Assembly: GCF_009914755.1 (NCBI RefSeq)
Contig: NC_060947.1
Direction: 5' to 3' (one strand)
Source: the human T2T-CHM13v2.0 reference genome, Homo sapiens
Length of the DNA stretch: 64,000 nucleotides
Shown: in pieces, positions 51,620 through 64,000 of the stretch
How the letters are laid out: each line of letters opens with the position of its first letter
How positions within the stretch are numbered: the first letter of the stretch is position 1
Program-made: the position numbers and the translations under genes
The notes under the pieces: model-generated
What the model was told of the DNA's origin: nothing
What the model saw: the letters and a program-made list of their open reading frames with translations, nothing else
Database searches by the model: none

Positions 51620-51875
51620 GTGCTCTGAGTAACTCAGAGAGCTATAATCACATACATCATCTCATTTTGTCTTCCCAGCTGTTCCATGAGGACAGTATGG
51701 TAGAATGGCATCCTACCCACTTAGGCAAATTCAACTGATAATATTCTTATTCCTATTTTCCAGATGAGTTCAGAGAAGCTAGGTAACTCACCAAGGTCAC
51801 TTAACTATTCAATAAAACACCCAACTTCAATTCCTAGACAGCCTGGTAACCAAACCTATGCCCTGAACCTCTTCC
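51620..51875 (-). mobile_element. MIR
   Basis: catctcattttgtcttcccagc...attcctattttccagatgag...cagagaagctaggtaactcaccaaggtcac. Confidence 0.7.
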
Positions 51876-52022
51876 ATTCATCTTAATTTTCTAGATGAAA
51901 AAAATTAAAGGTCAGAAAGCCATCTGGCATGTTTCATTTCCCAGAGTGGTTACAACAGGCACAGAAACATTTATCTGATTCCCATATTCTGGAGTGTTAA
52001 CCTCTCATGAAGAGTGTTTTGT

Positions 52023-52037
52023 GTTGCCCATAGCAAC
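52023..52037. promoter_or_regulatory. RFX X-box motif
   Basis: GTTGCC-CAT-AGCAAC fits GTNRCC(N0-3)RGYAAC and lies in non-repeat sequence. Motif match only. Confidence 0.45.
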
Positions 52038-55000
52038 AAAGTTTATTGCTGCTTCCACTTGCAGGAACTACTTCCACAGGCTTAACATCTTGAGTAATCT
52101 AAGAGCAGTGGGAACATTAGAGTGGAGGGGGTTGGAGAAAATCCAGTGAATTTTCTAGCAAACTAAAAGATAAACTGAGAACAACTGGATCCTAAATTTG
52201 AAGCATGATTTCAAGCCATCATGACAGGGTGGTTTTTTGGATTAATTGATACTTCCCTTTCATTAGAGAGATGAAGAAGCTACAGATGCATCATCATCGG
52301 GCTGATTCTGGAATAGTTCCTCTTTATCTTTTGTCATCTGTTTCTGTGTTTGGCTTTGATTTGATTCAACATTCATATGCCACCAGTCTCATCCAAATAG
52401 AAGCTGGACTGGCCACATCCCTCGTGACAAGTCAAGTCATTGATATCGGGCAGCTTTCTGGCCCTCTGTTAGCAACTGTGAAACATTCAAAGCAGAGACC
52501 TTCTGCTTTGTCCTACATGGACTTCTCTAACTGTGTTTCTGTTGTCCTAGCTCTTTCTGTTCCCATGTGCTCTTGCTTAAATCCATACAGGGCTGGAGTG
52601 TAGCTCTCAGTGCAGCCACAATGTACAAAGATAATGAACTCAGCTGGGGCCTTCTGCAAAATACTTTATTTTAAAAAAAAGTCTGCTGCCTCTGGATGTC
52701 TATAAATGGCCTTGACTCATGAATGACTGTCATTGCTAAGGTGGAATGAGTTTTGGGGGTGGATATCTTGGTCTTTAAGAGAGAAAAGAAAAACTTTAAT
52801 CCAGAATGGTGCCTGGAAGACTTTCCTCCATTATTCATTAATCCTTTTACCTATAGCTTGTTCTTTTGTTACTGCATTCATTCAATAAGCATTTTTTGAA
52901 GTCTTCTTCTATAACAGGGATTGACTGGACACACAAGAATATGCAAGGTCAAATAGAAAATAATCCCAGGACCTACTCTCTGGGAGCATACAGCACAGTG
53001 GTGAGGCTTCTATACTCATTTCAGGTGTTTCTTTGTTCCTTTCCCTTTTTCTCTCCTAGCCCCTTCCTGCTGCCCCTTTCTACAGAAGTTACCTCACTCA
53101 GGTTTTGTTGTCAAATTATTAAAGTCACTCTAAATTTTAATTACAGTTCTTACAAGTTATTATTATTTTTACAAGTTTATCATTACTATTACATTATAAT
53201 ATCTATTTATTCCTTTATCTCTTTAATAACTTTTAGGATCTTTATTTTATAAGCTCCTTCAGATTTTTCTACTATTTCCAGTGGTCAGGCTGTACTTTTT
53301 CTCTTTGTTGCATCTGCTAACTATCCCTTATGGTATTTACTTTCCTTGTGTAGCTAGTAATTTTTTTTTAAATTTTGAGCTTATCTGTAGCTTTTGCTTA
53401 CCTATGTGAAAGTCCCTGTGTTCTTCAGATTTCATGTTAATTTTACCAAAACCCTAGGGTTTCCCAGGCCTTGGGCCGGTTTTTATGTTAATTTCTCAAC
53501 TTGAGTTTTCTATACCCATAGGTAGTATTAACTAATACTTATATCTTCAAGGAATAGAGGCCTGGGTTGTTTATTTTGCATAGATGTCTTTTTTTAAAAA
53601 TTTATCTACTTAAGGCCCAGACATACAGCAAGTATCCTTATTGCCCCCACTGAGCCAGTGGACAGAGTAATTCTGTACCCTTCTAATGGGCAGGGCATTT
53701 CTGTGGTTCCAAGTTCTATGCAGGTGGCTCAGTTTGAGCGGTCACTTTGCATAAGCCTGAGGCCACAGTTTCTGTATGTGTCAGGTTATTAAAGCCCCTG
53801 TCTTAGTCCCTGGAGCCTATATCTGGGCTGAAGTTCTTGTGGGACACCATGGTACCAGTATGTATTTACTGCTCTGGTTTTCATTTTCCTCTTCTTATCT
53901 AATACTTGGATGTTTGTCTTTCTTTCAAGCCAAGCTCTGTGCTTTTCCTAAAATTTGGGGAGGAATAGTGCTATATTTTATCTAGACTTTCCATGTGTTG
54001 TAGCAGGACAGTTTCTTTTTATTTAGTTCTTAGTATTTTTAAAATATATTTTGAGTTCTTATAATATTTCAGGCACTGTTCCCACTCAGATTGTCATCAC
54101 TTGGAGCCTTTGCAATTTTTCTAACATGTTTTCTTAGAAACAGCAAATTAAAAGGTAGCATGGCCAGTGATGCTGCAGATGGGTACAATGACACCAGCAA
54201 ATAGAGCTCACGACTGATAACAACAAAGAGATGAAAAAAAAGTTACTAAACGCAAACAAAACCCTAAAAAACCATGATTTTCTTTCAGCAAATAATGTGA
54301 ACAAACCAACTGACATGACTGTATCACATAATAACTTCATCTTATTACATCACAATAATATAATAGCTGATATTCACGATGATGTCTCTGTTGAGGAATC
54401 TTCCTGTAATAGAAACTGTATCTGCTGTTGTCATCATGTGTTTAAAGCATTTTGATATTCTATGGCAGCCACCTGAGGACTGTGAGAGCTCACACAACTA
54501 GGGGTATGGGAATGGAAACTGTGTGTGGCAGTGGTGGTTTGAACGAGTCACCAGGGAGAATATGGATGAGATATGATCTGTTGATGATCACATTGAGTTA
54601 TGTCAGTCATATCTGTCCTAAAAATGAACTGAGAATTAGATGGCTCCAATTACCAGGAAACTAGAATTGAGTGGGAGGTCCGATGGGGCCACTGGTTTTA
54701 AAATGGGAAGAGTGGAATTGGAGGTAGGTAGGAGTAGTGTTGTTAAAAGGATCTGAGGGTAGCCTCGTGGACTCTAGGAAACATGGCAAAGCTGCCATTA
54801 ATGTCCCACGCTGCCAGAAAGCCTGGGCTGGTAGCTTAAAATAATAGGCAAGAAGCCCAACTTCACCTGAGGCCAGAAGCCTCCTTGGAAGTTTGCAAGT
54901 GAACTTTCTTCAGGGGACTGGAACAAGACAAACAGAAGGGATCAAGGGGGAAAGGAAGATTCCAGAGGCCAGAGGATTATTGACCTCTGGGGAGCAGAGA

Positions 55001-55831
55001 TGATTCCTGCCAAGGCGTTGGCATCCTGTTAAGACAGTGACTTTCTTAGTTGGGGCAAGGACCAGAGAACAATACTACAGTTCCAGGCTGCTGCAGAAGA
55101 CATGGGTGGGGCTATTCTGAGACTAAAAGAAATCTGAGGAGGGTGCCAAGCCCCTCACTGAGAGAGAAGTGGAGCGAAAACAGCCCTGAGTCCTGAGTTG
55201 GTGACCAGGCTGGGTTGGCTCTAGGTGAATTTTTAAAGAGGGTGAAAATAGCTTCTAGAAACTTCCTTTTCTGCACCTCCTTCTGCCTCTTAGGGTGCTC
55301 TCTTCCTATCCTTAGCTCAGTTTCCTCTGTTTCCTTCTGGCCATATTAAAACTTTACCCCAGCTCCACCACTTCATGAAACTGTCCTCTTTAATATCACC
55401 AATGGATGTTAAATCCAGTGGAAACTTCTCAGTGCTCATCTTATTTAATATTGGCAGTGGGACTGTGATGCATTGAGGAGAGAATGGGTGATAAGGGTAT
55501 AGAGATGTTAAAGGTATTTTATGTATTTTTGAGACGACAGAAGAGGTTTCTTCTACTAGCAGTTGGAGAATTGGGACCTCATGAACACTAGGGTCTTGAG
55601 TTTAGCTTGGCTTTAGGTCGGGTGGCTTCCTTCCCTAAAACCTGACCCAGACCCAGTGAAAAAAATGAGAAATACAGCAGTGGATAACTCTTTGTCCTGG
55701 TGAGCACAGAACTCAGAGACCACGAAAATGTGTATTCCCCTCTCTCTGGTCCCAGGTGACATTAAAGACTAATAATTTTCATTTATATAAATTACTTCTA
55801 TTTTTGTATCTTACCTTATGAGGCAATAAAA

Positions 55832-55834
<3 letters not shown>

Positions 55835-55872
<38 letters not shown>
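55835..55872. repeat. (AT)19 microsatellite
   Basis: Visible directly in the sequence. Confidence 0.97.
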
Positions 55873-55874
<2 letters not shown>

Positions 55875-56145
55875 TCAATGAATGGGAATCAGATTAAGTT
55901 GAAGATTGTTTTGGATTTCATCACTTAAAAATGTCAGCCACTTGAGAAGGTTCACCATGTGATAGTGGGAAGTAGAATGTATGAGTTGATAGGTCTATTC
56001 CACTTATACCTGTGAACCTATAATGTATTTCCATCAATCCAAAATTATTCTTGGTAGCCAAAACCCCCCTGGAAACAACAAAATATCCATCAACAGGTGA
56101 CTGGATAAACAAATTGTGATAATTTATATAATGGAAAAAATACTA

Positions 56146-56189
56146 TTTTTTTTTTTGAGACAGGGTCTTGCCCTGTTTCCCAGGCTAGA
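56146..56189 (-). mobile_element. Alu 3'-end stub (~44 bp)
   Basis: tttttttttttgagacagggtcttgccctgtttcccaggctaga; the rest of the Alu is absent. Confidence 0.8.
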
Positions 56190-56788
56190 CAGTGTGGTGA
56201 TTCCTCAAAGACCTAGAAACAGAAATACCGTTCAACCCAGCAATCGCATTACTGGGTATATACCCAGAGGAATATAAATCTTTCTATTATAAAGACACAT
56301 GCATGCATGTGTTCACTGCAGCACTATTCACAGTATCAAAGACATGAAATCAACTTAAATGCCCATCAATGATAGACTGGATAAAGAAAATGTGGTACAT
56401 ATACACTATGGAATACTACACAGCTATAAAAAGAATGAGAACATGTCCTTTGCAGGAACATGGATGGAGCTGGAGCCCATTATCCTTAGCAAACTAATGG
56501 AGGAACAGAAAACCAAATACAGTGTGTTCTCACTTATAAGTGGGAGCTGAATGATGAGAACACATGGGCACATAGAGGGGAACAACACACACTGGGGCCT
56601 ATCAGAGGGAGGAGGGTGGGAGGAGGGAGAGGATCAGGAAAAATTACTAATGAGTACTAGGCTTAATACCTGGGTGACAAAATAATCTGTACAACCAATC
56701 CCTATGATGCAAGTTTACCTATATAACAAACCTGCCTATGTGCCCTTGAACTTAAAAGTTAAAAACAAACAAATTAACACAAAAAAAA
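56187..56788 (+). mobile_element. 5'-truncated L1PA (older L1PA10-13 type) 3' end
   Basis: agacagtgtggtgattcctcaaagacctag...gagaggatcaggaaaaat...tactaggcttaatacctgggtgac...ttgaacttaaaagttaaaaacaaac. Confidence 0.95.
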
Positions 56789-58712
56789 TTTCCTTGGAAA
56801 CTACCTATGACTACTCTTGATTGCACAAAGAGAGAAATGCAGGGACTTAGAGCTGGTAAATTGGCACACACTACTCCCACTTCCCTCCTTCCCTGTCCCC
56901 TCCCTGAACTCTATTGAATTTGTAATGATAGGATCTGTCACCTCCCCAAATTGTATTGTAAAATCAGAAAACATACATTCTCTGGAATTGACATTCCCAT
57001 CTCGTGACCTCATTTGGCCAGAGGCTCAGCTGCGATTTGCCTGGAGGCTCACATCCCCTGTGTGGGCTGGGCTGACACCACATGACCTTCCCACCATTGC
57101 AATCTCTTGCACATGTACATTACACAGAATGCGAAGTGTAGGTCAAAAGAGGCTGCCAGGAATTTTTTTTTTTAAAGCTCCCTTCTTCTCCATGCTGTTT
57201 AGCTTGAAAACAGAATACTGCATTTGATATTTTTCTGTCACTGCCTTAAAGCTTCTGTGCAGGGAGCTGAAGCATAAATAAATGAACATACAAGTAAACC
57301 CTTTATTTGGAGGCAGGGAATTGTAAGTTAACTCTTGCTGTAACATACAAAGTTTTTCTACCAAACAATTTAGTTGAGATGGAGGACACCAATTTATTTG
57401 ATCTCATCTAGGCCAAAGCCACTTGAAGAGAAAGGTAATGGCCTAAATCTCTGTTTCTAAGGTAATTAGAAAGCATTTGTGCTGACAGTTAACATGTAGC
57501 CTGTAGTGCCTCCCTTTCTGAGGGTCAGAGTTGGTCTTCAAAGAAAAGCCAGGTTTCATCAAGGAAGGCCAAATGCATTTCTATTGTTTAAGATCTGAGA
57601 ATAGACATGAAACTCCGTTTCTGTGGCTGGACTGCTTTATAGTCATCCATTCAACAAATATTTATTGAGCATCTACTATATGCCAAGTATTATTCTTGGA
57701 CTCTCAGGTCTTTGCATGTGGTCCCTTATGTGGTGGTGCCTTATATGGCTCTGTTATTTCTGTGTAGTTCAGCTCTTCTACCGGGCATTAGCACTTTTTG
57801 TTGGGCTTTGTTTTATTCACTCCAGTAGTTTTTTCACCTCTGTTGTCTCACTGGATGAGTTTTCAGGCCCCTCATGGTTGGTTAAATGTAGATGTTCTGT
57901 GATTGTGTGATTGTGACTTGAGCATAGAAATGGCCTGACCAACAGACCCTGAGTTGGTGGAAGGCACAGCAGCTGTGAGCTTGGGCTCCTGCTAGCTGAC
58001 AGCAGCCAACTCCCCCTTAAAAAGCCAGGCAGGGCATGGTGGTGCCAATCCAAGAGACAGTAGGCTCTGGGGAGAGATGAACTTTCTTTGCTGTAACCTT
58101 GGATTTTGAATAACTACCTACGGTTGGCCAGTCAGTTGGCATCTCCATGCACACATATTGCTGGCTTACTCAAGTAGTGGGTGGTGTCCTTCATGCCTGC
58201 TAGCCTGAGTGAAATGTCTCAAGTTGACTTGTTGACAGCAGTTGGCAGAGACTATGAGACTGGCCCTGTGTTCAAGCCTGGGGTCTGAGAATGGCCAGAC
58301 TCACCAGGTGAGAAACCTTTACTCCTCTTTGTCGTTTTGCCACATCCTTTCTTTCCTTACCCACTCCAGATTTCCCCACAGAACCAGTCACCAGTGATGC
58401 AAGGGACAGCCATTAGCCGGCTGCAACCTAAAACCAGAGCAATACTTGAAATCTTTCTTTTAGGACCTAGATCCTCTTCAAGCCAGCTTCATGTACTTAA
58501 ACAGAATTTTATAAAAGCTGGTATTCTTTGTTTACCCTGAGCTTAAGTCAAAGGATGCATATGCATCTGTGTACATTGGTGTGCATTCTAGTGTGTGCAT
58601 ATGTGTTTGCATGAGGAATGACTTTTTAAGGTTAAGCGTGAAAAAGAAGGGTAGTTTAGCATAAAATAATGATAAACATGGAACATTAAGCACTGATGGT
58701 GCAATGCTGCTT

Positions 58713-59210
58713 GTATCAATTAGCTCTTTGTGTGTAACAAATCAACCCCAAATTTAATGGCTTAAAGCAACAATCATTTGTTTGCTGAAGATTCTGTGAC
58801 TTCTGCTTTAAGCTGGCTTGACTGGGACTGGATGGTCTAGAATGGCCTCACTCAAGTGTCTGGAGCCTCAGTGGGGATGCTTGGGACAGCTGGGATTGTT
58901 GGAGCCCCTTTTCCCACACAGGCTCTCATTTTCCAGTAGGCCATACTGGGCTTCTTCACATGGTAGTGGAAGTGTTTCCAGCAGCAAGAAAGAGCAAGCC
59001 CCAATGTGCAAACTATTTTTCAAGCCTCTTCTTGCATCATATTTGCCAATCATCATATTTCTTATCATACTTATCATACTTTTTACATCATACTTGCCAA
59101 AGGAAGTCACATGGCCAAGCTTGGGATTCAGTGGGTAAAGAAAAAGACTCAACCTCTTGGTGGGGGGAGGTGCAATGAATTTCTGGCCATTTCTTTATAA
59201 TCTATCACAC
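58713..59210 (-). mobile_element. MLT1 LTR
   Basis: tgtatcaattagctc...tgtgtaacaaatcaaccccaaatttaatggcttaaagcaacaatcattt...aagtcacatggccaagc...taatctatcaca. Confidence 0.88.
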
Positions 59211-59819
59211 TGTGGATGATGTCATAGGGAATAAGCACAGGTTTAGAGATGGGAGGCACAATAAAATTACAGCTCATCTGCTTAATAGCAAAATGACCTT
59301 AGACAATCACCTACCTCTTCTGAATCTCAATTTTCTCATCTGGACATGGGAAAACCACATCCACCACACTGGATGAAATGGGATGTTTCATTTATCTCTT
59401 TTTGTAATAGGCATGTGCTAAGCCTATGTGCCAGGCTCAGGCTATGTCAATCATGGGATATAGCAGTGAATATTCTGATCTCATCCTTATGGAGATGCCA
59501 ATATGGATATTATTTGTGAAAGTGTTTTGAAAACAACAAATCGTGGTACAGATTATTAGTAATATGTGTCATATCCTGATGGGTTATCTTCCTTTCCCCC
59601 TTTTTTCCTTTGTAACATTTACTTTGCCACCAATCCTGGTACACTATGGAACCATAAAGGCCTACTTACCTGAGCAGACAGTTGGCCTTTGTTACAGAGT
59701 TGTGGACAGAGTGTGAACTGGCCCCACACAGCTTTTGTGAGTTGATTCATCCATCATCATTGTATAGGGGAGGTAACCACTGTGTCAAGCCTGACAGGGA
59801 AGAACACCATAGACATTGA

Positions 59820-59985
59820 AAGTTGAGGAGATGCCAGAGATTATCTAGTCCAATTTGTTCATTTTATAGGTTAGAAAACTTAGGCCTCAAGGGAGAATAT
59901 GACTTATACAAGGTCACACAACTAGTTGGTGCCAATAACAAGATTCCTAGTGATAGTGGTCTCAGTGGCTTTATGTTTGTTTCTG
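59820..59985 (-). mobile_element. MIR fragment
   Basis: agagattatctagtccaa...cattttataggttagaaaacttaggc...gacttatacaaggtcacacaactagt. Confidence 0.75.
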
Positions 59986-60132
59986 TGTCTCCCTCTTACA
60001 CTTTCAGCCTATTTTGTTCCAAATCATTACACACATACATGTGCCCTCCATCCAAACACAAACATAAACACACAATTGGGCTTTTAATGGAAATAATAAT
60101 AAATGGAGCCTGTTCTCTTTATCTTCCACGTG

Positions 60133-60135
<3 letters not shown>

Positions 60136-60171
<36 letters not shown>
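60136..60171 (+). repeat. Pure poly(A)36
   Basis: Visible directly; no adjacent Alu or L1 body. Confidence 0.97.
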
Positions 60172-60175
<4 letters not shown>

Positions 60176-60524
60176 TCAGTTATATCTCCACATCTGACCA
60201 AAAAAAGAAATATCAGTTGACCAAAACTTATATATATCTTTAGCTTAGAACTTATGGATTACTTTCATTTATTTTTCACCACAAGGGAGGACAGTGAGGG
60301 AGTTGGGCCACATATTTAAATCCCTATTTTAGAGATGTGGAAGCCAAGGTCCAGAGAAGTTGAGTGAGTTGCATGAGGTTGCAGAATTAGCAGTAGTAGC
60401 AGCAGGCCCAGGACTGTGTTCTTTCCACATTATGGGTCCACATTATGGGTCCAGTGGAAGATAGCTGGCCACCACAAATCTGTTTATTGTGAATGGGTTT
60501 TCCTTGGGGGCAAATGAGCAACAC

Positions 60525-60824
60525 TTTATTTATTTATTTATTTGAGACAGAGTCTCACTCTGTCTCCCAGGCTGGAGTGCAGTGGTGCAATGTCTGCTCA
60601 CTACAACCTCCACCTCCTGGGTTCAAGCGATCCTCTCGCCTCAGGCTCCCTAGTAGCTGGGGCTACAGGTGAGCACCACCACACCTGGCCAATTTTTGTG
60701 TTTTTAGTAGAGAAGGGGTTTCACCATGTTGGCCAGGCTGGTCTTGAACTCCCGACCTCAGGCGACCCATCGCCTCAGCCTCCCACAGTACTGGGATTAC
60801 AGGCATGAGCTACCGTGTTCAGCC
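60525..60824 (-). mobile_element. Full-length Alu (AluS-type)
   Basis: (TTTA)n tail and dimeric Alu. Degenerate TSD caaatgagcaacacttt (60511-60527) / caaatgaacaaaaattt (60825-60841). Confidence 0.97.
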
Positions 60825-61504
60825 CAAATGAACAAAAATTTGCTTAAAAATCATACTGTTTAGGTGAAATAATTCTGGAATGGGTGTATGTGACCTACTG
60901 TTAACACATACCCAGATAAATGAAAAGAATTCTAGTTACAGTAGTATATATAATTATTAACAGAAAAGAAAATGTATTTAGCATCACTGATAACTCTTTT
61001 TGTTTCTATTTGCTACACATGCTGGATCTGTGTCCTCTTTTATCTGAATTTATCACTGACATATGCATTCTGAAAAAACACCAAATACACCTGATAGTTT
61101 ATAAAATTTAAAAAAATTTTCTGTGCAAAATAATTGAATGTACCAACTTTAAGAGTTACCCACTTGAGAAAAGACAGTACGAAACAATACAGAGGAACAC
61201 AATTCAAATAAATTCTGAATAATCTGGAAGACAGAACTGCTTCTAGAATCCTCTTCCAACATGAAGATATTTGTTTATCAGTATTTGGTTATTCATTTAT
61301 GCAACATAGTTTTCCAAACTGGGGGAAAATGGGGTCTCTAACTTCAATTGCTTTTTAACAACTATTACACTAATTGGCGATTCTGTCTTGAGATTTAGTA
61401 ACACAACAAATTCCAAGAGAGCTAGGAAAGTTTCAGAGTTACAATTATAAGCCCAAACTAAAACTATCTATAACCACTCCCCAAAATAGTTAAGATTTAC
61501 TGGG

Positions 61505-61735
61505 GTGAGTACTAACTATGTATTCAGCATAGCACTGAGTATTTTACATGAATTACCTTATTTTGTCCTCATGCCATCCCTATAGGCTGCCCCATTTTGC
61601 ACACATCACCATTTGATCCATGAAGAAATGGAGGCTTGGAGGGCTAATGACCTGTCTCACTAAGTGGGCAATCTGAGATATGGGGTAGAAGAAGTCGGAC
61701 TGCTTTTGGAGTCCCATTCTCAACCACTGCTGCTG
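61505..61735 (-). mobile_element. MIR
   Basis: tgagtactaactatgt...ttttacatgaattacc...atgaagaaatggaggctt. Confidence 0.7.
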
Positions 61736-62009
61736 TAGGTCCTTGGGAAAGAGAAAGTAGAAACCAAGGAAATATTTCCACATACCAAATTCAAAAGGTC
61801 TTCCCTTTTGGAAACATAACTTTTCCATGATAGCAAATGCTGGCCACCCCAGCCTGACATTTCATCTTTGGGAATGGCAAATACCACTTCTGGTGCATAT
61901 AGAGGGGAATTTAGCTTGGCAGATGCCTAACCTCAGTGCAAACAGGCAATAATCTCTTGACAAAAGGGCCACTGATGATCTGGGCTGAATAAGACATTGT
62001 GGTGCCCTT

Positions 62010-62182
62010 CTTCCCCCAGAATTAGGGGATTCTGATGTGCACACACATCCCCTGGAGATCTTGTTAAAATAGAGACCCTGATTCAATGGGTCCAAGGAGG
62101 GTCCACAGTTCTGCATTTCTAACACACTTCCAACTGATGCTGATGATTCTGGTTACTGGGCCACACTTTGGGTAGCAAGGTG
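62010..62182. mobile_element. MER5-type hAT-Charlie MITE
   Basis: cctggagatcttgttaaaat...ctgattcaatgggtcc...tctgcatttctaaca...tgatgctgatg...ccacactttgggtagcaagg. Confidence 0.85.
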
Positions 62183-62204
62183 TTAATAAACCTCCACACA
62201 CTTC

Positions 62205-62365
62205 AGTTAATCTCACCCATGCCTCAGTTTCCTCCTCTGTAAAGTGGAGTTAATAATAATATCACCCTCAAAGGATTGTAATGTATTTAAACAGGTAAAG
62301 TACTTAAAACAGAGGTTGGCATATGGTAAGTGCTCCATAAATGCTAGCTATCACTATTATTATTC
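62205..62365 (+). mobile_element. MIR
   Basis: gcctcagtttcctcctctgtaaagtggagttaataata...tggcatatggtaagtgctccataaatgctagctat. Confidence 0.88.
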
Positions 62366-62949
62366 TTTTATGCCCTCACATTTTTCTTTTTGAATTCTAT
62401 ACCAGCTTACACCCACGGGCCGTATATTAACAGTAGCTTAGCTTTCAAACTGCATTATCCTGGCCCTTCCCCTCTGCTGTTGGAACATCTGTGCAGCAGT
62501 GAATCAAGGCAGCTCTCAGACTTCCATACATGCTCCTTACATGTGCAGCAGGCCTTGCCACACTGCCCACAATTCCTGCTGTTCCCACTACTCTGTAGCT
62601 CTGCCCTATGTATTCATGGGTTTGTAGAACCTTAGAGTTGGAGTGGGTTTAGGTGGTCAGTTAGTCCTACTTAATAGGAAGGGTCTCATGCCATACTTGC
62701 CACCTAAGTCAAGGACCTGGGCACAGGGAGAGATGGACAGGATAAAGTCCCTCACTGTAAGAGTTGGAATGATTCAAAGCAAGCCCACCTGCTCTCTGCC
62801 CATTTCTGTTTGCTGTGCTGAGACATCTCTGGAAAACCCTTGTGCCCCAGGAAATTTTCCTTCTCACACAGAAAACTGTCTTCTCTCTGGTCAGCTCTCT
62901 AAGTTATGGAACAGGGGTCTTCAGAATGGGGCATAAAATACCAGGGGGG

Positions 62950-63089
62950 GGCAGGCGTGGTGCTGTGTGTGCCTGTAATGTCAGTTACTTGGGAGGCTGA
63001 GACAGGAGGATCACTTCAGTCCAGGAATTTGAGACCAGCCTGAGCAACATAATGAGACTCCATCTCAATAAATAAATAAGTAAATAAAA
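62950..63089 (+). mobile_element. Free left Alu monomer (FLAM)
   Basis: Single monomer ...gcctgtaatgtcagttacttgggaggctgagacaggaggatcactt...gagaccagcctgagcaacataatgagactccatctc plus a (TAAA)n tail. ccaggg flanks both sides. Confidence 0.9.
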
Positions 63090-63372
63090 GTCCAGGGAGT
63101 AATGAGATAATCTATTGGGGAAGAAGAAGGAAAGAATTAAACTTATCTTTATATTTACTTCTTTACCTAAAACATAAAGAAATCAAGCACAACCAAATAT
63201 ATGATACCTAAATTGGCTTAAGTGAATGCATATGCTTTCTATATAAATGTATATCTATTGAAATGGGCCTAAAATGTTTTGCCATTAGGTGTGAACAATC
63301 TAAAATGATTTAGAGATCATGTCTAGAAACTATAATGTTCACCTCTTCATGGATGGGAAGATAAAATGTCTC

Positions 63373-63821
63373 TGTGGCAGAAACAATTCTGGTGTCCACC
63401 ACCCTTTCATTTTCTTCCTGGGAACCCAAGAAGGAAAGGCTCTTTCCCAGCTCCTTTGCATTGATGTGGGGTCATGTAATTAGTTCTGGCCAATGGAAAA
63501 TGGGGGGAAGTGCTGTACTCAGCTCCCAGGCTTGGGCCCCCTCAAATAACTTGTGAGATCCTCCACTTGGTCTGAGTCTTCTCCAATCAGCTGGTGGAAT
63601 GCAGATGGTTTCAAAATCTGCCAGTGGAGAGTGGAGCCATCAGTGGAAGGTACCTGGGTTTGATCTAGGTGGGAGGAGTGCTCCCCAGAAGAGCAACTCA
63701 CCTAGGAGTACCTGTGATGAACTTTGCGTGAAGAAGCAATGAGCATTCATTGGTCTAAGACACTGAGATTTCAGGGGTTTCTTGTTACTGCAACATAACC
63801 TAGCCTATTCTGACTAATACA
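63373..63821 (+). mobile_element. MLT1 (I/J-type) solo LTR
   Basis: tgtggcaga...tttcccagctcctttgca...agttctggccaatggaa...ttgttactgcaacataacctagcctattctgactaataca. Confidence 0.9.
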
Positions 63822-63934
63822 TTTCCCTGTAACTCACCCTCCTCCCTCAATTCCATTGCCTGGGTGTCTCATTGGCACCAGCCAAAGACCTTCTAGATCC
63901 TGGATATTTAACTTCTTAAGGTCTTTAGCACTAG

Positions 63935-64000
63935 GGAGGTTGTAGCACAGAGTAGAAGTTAGAATCAAACTCTGAAGTCAGACTACCTGGGTTCAAATCC
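63935..64000 (+). mobile_element. MIR 5' part, running off the window
   Basis: tgtagcacagagtagaagttagaatcaaactctgaagtcagactacctgggttcaaatcc. Confidence 0.75.

Overview
Primate (human-like) genomic DNA, intronic or intergenic. I recognise no protein-coding exon, RNA gene, CpG island or CRISPR array. A large part of the window is interspersed repeats: Alu/FLAM, L1 of several ages (including a young 5'-inverted L1PA nested in an L1PB), L2, MIR, a near-full-length Tigger1, a MER45, a two-LTR THE1D provirus, a MER4 solo LTR, ERVL-type (LTR16/33-group) solo LTRs and many MLT1 LTRs. Almost all listed ORFs are chance or repeat-derived. The least explained region is about 20.6-24.7 kb. There, AT-rich sequence I cannot assign to any repeat family contains two same-orientation, non-colinear local duplications (~288 bp at ~84% and 55 bp at 91%) and reads on the minus strand like a decayed coding sequence. 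It has by-eye resemblance to bornavirus L polymerase or, alternatively, a Gypsy/ERVL protease, so it is an unconfirmed candidate endogenous viral element. Repeat subfamily names and protein comparisons come from recalled consensus sequences, not database searches, and boundaries of old repeats are approximate.
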